A stretch of 64,000 bases of DNA from Lepidodermella squamata. Lineage: Eukaryota; Animalia; Gastrotricha. The stretch lies in the NCBI GenBank assembly GCA_047495785.1, contig JBLDXI010000045.1, positions 861,869-925,868 on the forward strand, given 5' to 3'. Positions within the stretch are counted from its first letter, which is position 1. Every line of letters starts with the position of its first letter. Made by a program: the position numbers and the translations under genes. A model generated the notes under the pieces. That model had not been told where the DNA came from, made no database searches, and saw only the letters and a program-made list of their open reading frames with translations. Shown here piece after piece: positions 56,927 to 64,000 of this stretch.

Positions 56927-59137
56927 TTAATTGATGACCCTTTGAAACTCGCGAATGCAAACGGCCATCATGTTTTGATCTTCAGTTTTGAGAGTTTTGA
57001 AAAGTAAGTAATCATTCGAAATAAGTTCGGCAAGAATAATTGCTATTGCCATCAAAATGAGATTGCAAGCGTTATCCCCGCCAGCGCTAATGCGATCGAC
57101 GAGCTTCAGCAAATATCGGCAAAATTTCACTCGATGAGAAGAATACGGGAAAACCTGCTCAGTTGATACCAGCCACGGCTTAGTAACGAATAACGAGCGT
57201 AAACACAACAAAAAGGAACAAATTTGCTCAACATCAGCGGTATCAGAATTTTTCTTCAAATTCCAAGCGAGGCTCTGGGCAAATTTTGAAAATTGCTGCC
57301 CATATTTTGCAGCTAATCTAGTTCGATTTTCTGCACGTTCCAGCCTCTGAAAAGTAGCAGCCAAACAAATTGAAGGTTGCATCTTGCTGTTGTTCTCGAA
57401 AGCACATAGAAATTCAATTGCTGGATCGAATCGCTCACTCTGCATCAGTTCTGCGAAGTATGAGCTGTTGAAGCAAGGCGTCGAAAACAAATTAAACAGG
57501 AAATCGAACAGCTGCTTCGGGCCGAAAGCGAACAACAGAGCTGGATGTTTTGATACGGCTTCAATATTACGAATCACAGAGTCGAAAAATCGATCGCAAA
57601 AATCTCGATTGTTCACGACAGAAGATGCACCGGGGTTTTTGGCGTCTTGAAAAATGACACCAAGGTTTCGAACGCAAACTGCCAACGCAGGCCGGCCGAA
57701 ATCAGAGTTGAGTTTATCCAAATTTTGGCAGCAAAATTCGAGTTTCAAAGCGTAGAATACGAATATTGACGGGATCTGCCATAACACTTTTTGTTTCGGG
57801 GTTCCCATCAAATTCCAGTGGATAAAATTGAAAAGATTCGAGACATCAGAATTCAGATCACGAAGCGTGTTGACTCGTTTTGAAGCAGCCTCTTCGGCCG
57901 GCTCTATGAACTCATTTTTCCATTCAGCAAACGCAATCATGCCAAGTAAGCAGAGGCGATCGATTGTAGCCGCCATTTCCTGATCGGAAAATTCTTCGAA
58001 ATTGCGGGAAAAATCGTTCGAATAAGGCAGCCGCGAGAACTTATCGGCAAGTTTGATCACAATACTTGCGCAGTCAAGCATTTCTTTCTTTCGAGATTTT
58101 ACGGCCACAACGTCCAATGGGTTTTTGCCAAACAGGAAAAGTAACGCGACTTTTGAATACCAAGACATATCATTGAACGGGGGTGTTGTATCAAGTCGAA
58201 TTCCGCAATTCGAAAATAGAATAACGAAATCCATCCACCCGCAAATGATGTCATCGAAAGCATCGAGTGGGGCATGGGCGAGTCGCTTCATCGAATTTGG
58301 TTTAGCTAGACTAGAGCCGAAGGTGGTCAGAAACGATTTAGCCCAAGGCTGCTCGCATAAAAGCGGCCGTAACTCGAATTTTTTCGCCCATTCAATGACG
58401 CAACGAGTGAATCGTCCAATGAAATAAAGCTGAAGGATATCCATCTCAGCAAAGTCAGCTTTACCAAGTAAATCACTCAAATATTGGTTATTTGACACCG
58501 TTTTAATGAATCTTCTTGCTTCAGATGCAGCCTCATGATAGCCATGATAAAGCCAGACTCCTAGTTTGTTCAAATAAAACAACCCTTCAAGCAATGAGGT
58601 AGCTCTATCCAGGTTCAAAACCGCGTCAATGTGCGACGATTTATTGCTGAGAACCAAATCCATGTCGCATCGTTTGATTGATGTCAGAAACGGCATGAAG
58701 CGGTTTAAGGTTGAAAACGCTTCAACCTGGTGTTGCGGACCCATTTTCAGCAGGTCGTTTGTTTCATCTCTACCATATCCAATAATTCTCAGGTAGTAAA
58801 TGCCCTGGGCGTGTTTGCCTTCCCCGGCACCCATGAAAAGGTCAAAAGTTGTGTCGAACAAACGGCGATCAAAACCGCCCGAAACTTGGACGGCTTGGAA
58901 CATTTTATTTAAAGCCAGATCGTATTCTTGTTTGATTGCGGCGTCAGCCGATTCTCTGACCAGCTTTTTGACGGTTTCCTCCCTGGCTGCAATTGATTCA
59001 GGTCCACCTGCTGCTCTTTCGCGAACTTCACGGCGGAAATTGTCGACATCCCCCCGGGTTTTCAATCGAATCAACAATCTTCCGACTTTATCAGAGCCAG
59101 GATCAATATCATCTTTAAAAATGAGATGATAATCCAT
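56927..59137 (-). CDS. Family copy 14 (subfamily D), ~736 aa
   Basis: MDYHLIFKDDIDPGS at 59137, EQPWAKSFLTTFGSSL, PPFNDMSW. Confidence 0.9.
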   Translation of the reverse strand: MDYHLIFKDDIDPGSDKVGRLLIRLKTRGDVDNFRREVRERAAGGPESIAAREETVKKLVRESADAAIKQEYDLALNKMFQAVQVSGGFDRRLFDTTFDLFMGAGEGKHAQGIYYLRIIGYGRDETNDLLKMGPQHQVEAFSTLNRFMPFLTSIKRCDMDLVLSNKSSHIDAVLNLDRATSLLEGLFYLNKLGVWLYHGYHEAASEARRFIKTVSNNQYLSDLLGKADFAEMDILQLYFIGRFTRCVIEWAKKFELRPLLCEQPWAKSFLTTFGSSLAKPNSMKRLAHAPLDAFDDIICGWMDFVILFSNCGIRLDTTPPFNDMSWYSKVALLFLFGKNPLDVVAVKSRKKEMLDCASIVIKLADKFSRLPYSNDFSRNFEEFSDQEMAATIDRLCLLGMIAFAEWKNEFIEPAEEAASKRVNTLRDLNSDVSNLFNFIHWNLMGTPKQKVLWQIPSIFVFYALKLEFCCQNLDKLNSDFGRPALAVCVRNLGVIFQDAKNPGASSVVNNRDFCDRFFDSVIRNIEAVSKHPALLFAFGPKQLFDFLFNLFSTPCFNSSYFAELMQSERFDPAIEFLCAFENNSKMQPSICLAATFQRLERAENRTRLAAKYGQQFSKFAQSLAWNLKKNSDTADVEQICSFLLCLRSLFVTKPWLVSTEQVFPYSSHRVKFCRYLLKLVDRISAGGDNACNLILMAIAIILAELISNDYLLFKTLKTEDQNMMAVCIREFQRVIN

Positions 59138-59639
59138 ATCTAATGCGAAAATTATAACGATGAAATACCTAGAAATAAGGTTAATAGTTGACGGATAAGA
59201 TCCGAATGCCAAGAAAAATTGACTGTAAATGACGATTGATAAACACTATAAAACCAAAAATCGATCAACTAATATCTTGATGAGCATTCCGCTTCAAATT
59301 CAGTCTATCATTGATATTTCTCGATCTTCACATCAGTTTTGCAAGCCGTGCACAAATCAAATGGATTGCCTGGTTTCTTCTCGTTCTTCTACGAATTTCT
59401 TGAATTTGAAAACATGAATGTTCTTTCTTCATCAAAAACAGTTCTGATGAAATTCATAAAATCTGAAAAATGATTAAACAGTGTTATGCAACCTAGATTC
59501 AAGTTAAAACATCGATTTACATGTTTATTTTGTAGCTGAAAAATATATGGTCAAACAATAAATCCAAAGTAGGGTATAACAACAAAATGTGACTCAAATC
59601 TCTTCAATAATCAGTGATCTAACTTCAAAAACAAAAATT

Positions 59640-60020
59640 TCACGAGGCGTAAAACGAAATAAGCGTAGCAACTAGTTCTCGAATATCAGTTCTGTAGTCT
59701 TCAGGTAGCGTCTTCAGGTAAGTTATTTCGTCGTCAATCAGGTCGAGTAAATTCGGAGGAAGCCCGTCGGCAACAGCGTCGGCAAATTTCTGGCCCAGTC
59801 CGAAGATGACCATATTTTTGGCATTTCCTCGCCCATCAAGGTGAATAAACTTTCCAGAACGAGTTCTCACGACATTGGAAGAAATCCGTTCAGCGATCAG
59901 GGTAGTATAACCTCTACCCCGCTTTTTCGACAAAAATCCTTCAACGATGCAGCCGCGGAAATTTTGCTCTGGAATGATGCTCCAGTCGCTTAGAATCAAG
60001 TCAACTTTGTACGAGGTCAT
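59640..60020 (-). CDS. Small SANTA-domain protein (M18BP1/KNL2-type domain), ~126 aa
   Basis: LSDWSI...CIVEGF...TTLIAERISSNVVRTRSGKFIHLDG...FADAVADGLPPN fits the SANTA consensus (LxxW, VEG, IxxRI, TxSG, LxG, GFP-like end). Confidence 0.75.
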   Translation of the reverse strand: MTSYKVDLILSDWSIIPEQNFRGCIVEGFLSKKRGRGYTTLIAERISSNVVRTRSGKFIHLDGRGNAKNMVIFGLGQKFADAVADGLPPNLLDLIDDEITYLKTLPEDYRTDIRELVATLISFYAS

Positions 60021-60217
60021 TGTCAACAGAAAAATAAAATTTGTATATAAAACAACAAAAATCTAAAATTAAATCAGAGGTTAAATATTAGCCAGCAAGT
60101 ACAATGATAAATGGATGGATATACAACTGAGCGTTGACCGGTTTAACATTCGATTAAAAGATGGTACAATTTAAAAGTTTGTAAATCAACAAGAAAGTCA
60201 ACAATGAATGCAGCGAT

Positions 60218-63200
60218 TTACGCTAGAAAGACAGTTTCACTTTCTTTGATTGCATTTTTCAGCTGAGCCAGGATGACTGAGCGATGAATTTCACGATCGG
60301 AAATGTAGATCTTGCGACAGCGCTTGTCGTTTTTAGAAAGACCAGCAAGAATGATACCAGATAACATCACAACCAAATAGTACATTTTAAACAGATAGAG
60401 CTGCTGTCCTCGTAGTTTTTGACGGCGAAACGCTGGTTTCATGTCATTAATTTTTTCGGAAATCGTTCGGATTGACACGGCAAGTGCGTACATCATTGCA
60501 ATCATTCGCCGGGGCTTCACCGCTTCGTCGAGATCAGCCAGAAATGGCGATGAACCGAAAATGGCGACAAGCATTGCCATGTAATTTTGGAAATCAGGGA
60601 GGGTAGCTTCAGATGTTGCGACACAAGTGCATTCGATGAATTCGTTAACAGCTCGACCAGCCACATTTTGGAGTTGAGATTTGTACTTTGCGAGAACTTG
60701 ATGACGATAGCTTTCAGTCCCAGCAGCGATGCATCTCAGGTAATTAGCGACACATTCATGGGAAACAAAGTCGAACTGATTTTTCGGGTTCAGAACAACG
60801 CTTAGAAATACGTCACTGATTTCAGGCCGGCGGAAGTAATCGGCAAATGATGAGCGGTAGCTTTTAACGGCTAGAAAGTCTGAAACAACGTTGATGACAT
60901 CAGCGTAAGGACCATTGCCATCACACAGCGCAAATGCACATGGATCGCTGAACCTGATTCCAGGTAATTTTGGCAGCAATATGGCATAGGTTTTGAACAG
61001 TCGTTCGGAATATTCTGGGCAATTCACAAGATCAGCCAGTAATGAATAATCTTTGAGGTGCAAGCGGCTGTTGACAACGTTGAGAATGCTCTCTAAAAAT
61101 ACATGAATACAGTATTTATCGAAAAGAATACATTTTCGTGCATTTAAAACTACTTACTTGAATTAAATTAAAAATTGAGAATTTTTGGAAATTTCAAAAT
61201 TTTTAATTTTCAATTAATCAACAGTACACTTTAATTCCGATATCCAAGGACTAACACTGACTCGCTCAACGCTGACTTTGAACATGGGCAGAAATATAAA
61301 TCCTAGGGTTTAAGCCATGTATTTCTTCATTTCCTGATTTTTAAGATGAGAACTCAATGCAAAGCCAATTCATGTTTCAAATGCTGATTCCAAGTTACTT
61401 TATACACGCAGTCATCGCCCGAACGTTTGTTGCTATGGCAAATGGAAACGTTGACCCGTCAATTTCCACATTTCGCTCTGCTGAGCAATTCACCCTCGTT
61501 CTGCAATATGAGCACGCCATCGACATATAAGACCACTGGTCAAGCCCGTCGACCTAAAACCAAGCTGCGACACTAGATTCACCGATGTATACGATTTCGA
61601 ATCGCCCGTCGGACCTGAGACGGAGGTAAACGTCAATCTCACTGGCCGAGTTCTTCAATTCACGCATAAAGGCATAGTTACAACGACTCAGGGCGACCAC
61701 AACCGCGACATTGCTGGAGCTGTTTTAACAGTCGTTAATTCAGTGAACGTTATGCCAAGTTAGTAATGATAATTATTTATTTTTAGATATTTTCAAGTCG
61801 CGAGGTTCACGAGGTTCAAGAGATCTAATTCTAATAGAGATCTAATAATCAAGCTGCGCTTGAAGTATGTAACCACCGGACGATTCCTCGCCATCGGCTG
61901 TGTTATCACGGAGGCGGCTGCCTATATTTCTGCCACTGTCACATGCATTGTGTCCCAACAAGATTATAGCTTACCTGCGATCTCTGCTACTCTGGCTACC
62001 TCATCCTTTTCGGTTAGGCTAACAATAATCGTGATCACATTACCATACCGCTCCAATTCAGCGGCTTAAATTTTACTGGTTTGCGAATCTCAATGAAAGT
62101 GAACCGCTGGTTCATCTAGTGACATTCTCAAGTTTCGGTATGTAGTACCTTTGCACATGTTCGAATGTGACACTTATTTCGCCAAAAAAGTGACATCGAC
62201 TATAGTAAAATATCGCGTAAAATAACGTAGGCCGAACCCAGGCCAGGACGGACTTGACAATACCAATGTATACGAGTATAACCACGGCCTTCATTCGTTA
62301 GCCGTTTGTAAAAACCCCAATGTGAGGACTGAGGAAATTCTGGAATCGCTGTATTCTAAGCTGGATTCTTCAAACCCAGGCGCTGAACTGTCCGTTACAC
62401 ATCTTGCTACCGGAACGGTAGGCGCGGAACTCAATGATAAGCCGATCGCTGCAGTGACGCCGATAAATATACTTGAAAGGAAATTAGTTTCCCCTTACTT
62501 TTACTTTCCTCATACAGATACCAGATGACCATCCACAGGACAACTTTCTTCTTCGCTGTAAGACATTACGTTTCACCTTGACAGTGATTCGCCAGACATA
62601 ATCAGCAGGAAAGTGTTTCGCCATTCAAAATCTCTATATGCCTCCCGTTAATGATGTTAACTTCTGAGAATTGAGAAGCCTCTTGAAGTACCTCTTTAAA
62701 CCCTACGTTGCACAGATAAAATTCCATAACGTGCGCATTTACCTGTCATTGAAAGCTACACCGCATGATTTGTTACAATTTAGAATTTACTGAGCAAGAC
62801 CCAATAATATTTACCAATCTGTATTATAACACGTTACATCGGTTAAGCAAGGTATTCGCGCGATAATACTTTGCTGCTCTTTTCATGCACTTGAACTTTT
62901 TGCTGCTATTTTTAGCTCAATAAGAGTATAGATAGCCCTCTAAATCTCTAATTAAATTTTTTTTTAATTCTTACGAAATAAGTCGAAGTCGATCGATTTC
63001 ACTCGGGACATATTTTCAACAAGATATTCGAGTCTGAAGGTCCAGTGCAAAGCAGACGTCAGATGAGCTGTAGCGTGTCCTTTGATGAAAATGTCATCGA
63101 ACATGGTCAGCGACGGCAGGATTGCATTCATGACTCTCATTAGCTCTTTCGTGGTGACAGTCGGTTCAACGGGCAAACCAATCGCCGGTGGTCTATTGAT

Positions 63201-64000
63201 TAGCTCCGATTTCCATTCGGCAAAATTAATCTGAGCAAGCGTGAACAGAAGATCGAGAACTTTGCGACACTCGACCCTTGACAAATTGCTCATGCTTTTG
63301 AAAATCATCGGATGCTCTTCGTCGATAATTCGAGTCAAGCGTTGAATAAATGTCGCCGATATGTCGGGCTGATCCTTATCGCAGATTGTTTTACGATCGA
63401 CGCTGTAGCGTTCACCCATGAAAATCGACAGCCAGCTCATCGAAACGAAGAATTTCACGTCATCGTACGGCGGAACAACTGGCAGTTTTTGGTGAACAGA
63501 ATCGATTGGCATTACCATCAAATGCATGCAAGTAAAGAAGAGCAGACTTTCGAAATTAAACGTGATCAATGAGTAGTCGTATTGAGCCAATCGAATCAGC
63601 GATTCTTTCGTGATAACGGTCTTCGCAAAATTCGATATCAGGACCTGGAACCATTTTTTACGCACTAAATCAGGCTCACCCACCAAGGTGTTCAATATCC
63701 GAATTAAACAGGTCATAAACCTCAACTTGGCCGGTTCATCCGTGCCGAAGTTGACCGACGTGAACAGATCAGAAACAGCTTGAGAGTTGGCAAAGCGCGA
63801 TACAATGCGATCAACATTATCTTCGAGATACTCGCGGTTTTGATCCTTTTTAATTTCGAATTGATATAAAATGTGGGTTGCGGGGAACACATTTTCCTCC
63901 CACGGCGTGCTTGTCTTGAACGATAACAGCTTATCAAACGATTTCGCGAGGTCTTGAGCAGTGAAAGAACAGGTCGGGAAAAGCTCTTCGTAACCTTTTT
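60218..64000 (-). CDS. Family copy 15, divergent, 5' end beyond the window; exons >64000-62975 and 61092-60218, split by an 1882-nt intron
   Basis: Motifs LRFM, KKWFQVLISNFAKT, PPYDDVKF, NFAEWK, VNCPEYSERL. Donor C|GTAAG at 62974 and acceptor TTTTTAG|AG at 61093 join in frame (CAG). Confidence 0.8.

Noticed and set aside
4223-59129. Many short plus-strand ORFs, some similar to each other (for example 17358, 22640, 31151)
   Set aside because: They are antisense shadows of the minus-strand paralogs, and their similarity simply mirrors the real genes.
3952-59137. Assignment of the family to UNC-45, ZYG-11/ZER1 or NLR proteins
   Set aside because: Only a generic TPR plus helical pattern is shared. 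No UCS, LRR, P-loop or MYND motifs are visible, so no gene symbol is given.
1-64000. Prokaryotic or viral origin (operons, CRISPR, defence island)
   Set aside because: Spliceosomal introns, polyadenylation signals, metazoan domains and a Pol III tRNA indicate an animal nuclear genome. No repeat-spacer array was seen.

Overview
Eukaryotic DNA from a compact invertebrate-animal genome. It has canonical GT-AG introns of about 50-60 nt, metazoan domains (SOCS box, Ly6/three-finger, SANTA) and a eukaryotic tRNA-His. The window is dominated by a tandem array of 15 copies, plus one 5' relic, of a ~600-760 aa all-helical protein family I do not recognise. Its signature N-terminus is M-[AD]-[FL]-x-L-I-F-G-x4-P-G-S, followed by a TPR-like segment and a P-[FY]-[DN]-D-x-x-W core motif. 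Four SOCS-box proteins are interleaved with it. All ~25 protein-coding genes lie on the minus strand. Nearly all have a U-rich AG splice acceptor 0-30 nt before the ATG, and some intergenic gaps are only 74-164 nt, which suggests a trans-spliced, operon-like cluster. Single-copy genes in the array are an AADAC-like esterase (partial), a GPI-anchored Ly6 protein with a Trp/Pro WxxW repeat insert, a Cep192/SPD-2-like Ig-fold protein, a GT31 galactosyltransferase, a small SANTA-domain protein and an unknown multi-exon gene. Two MITEs, gene-conversion tracts between paralogs and a TAATCC site cluster are also visible. All calls were made by eye, with no database searches.
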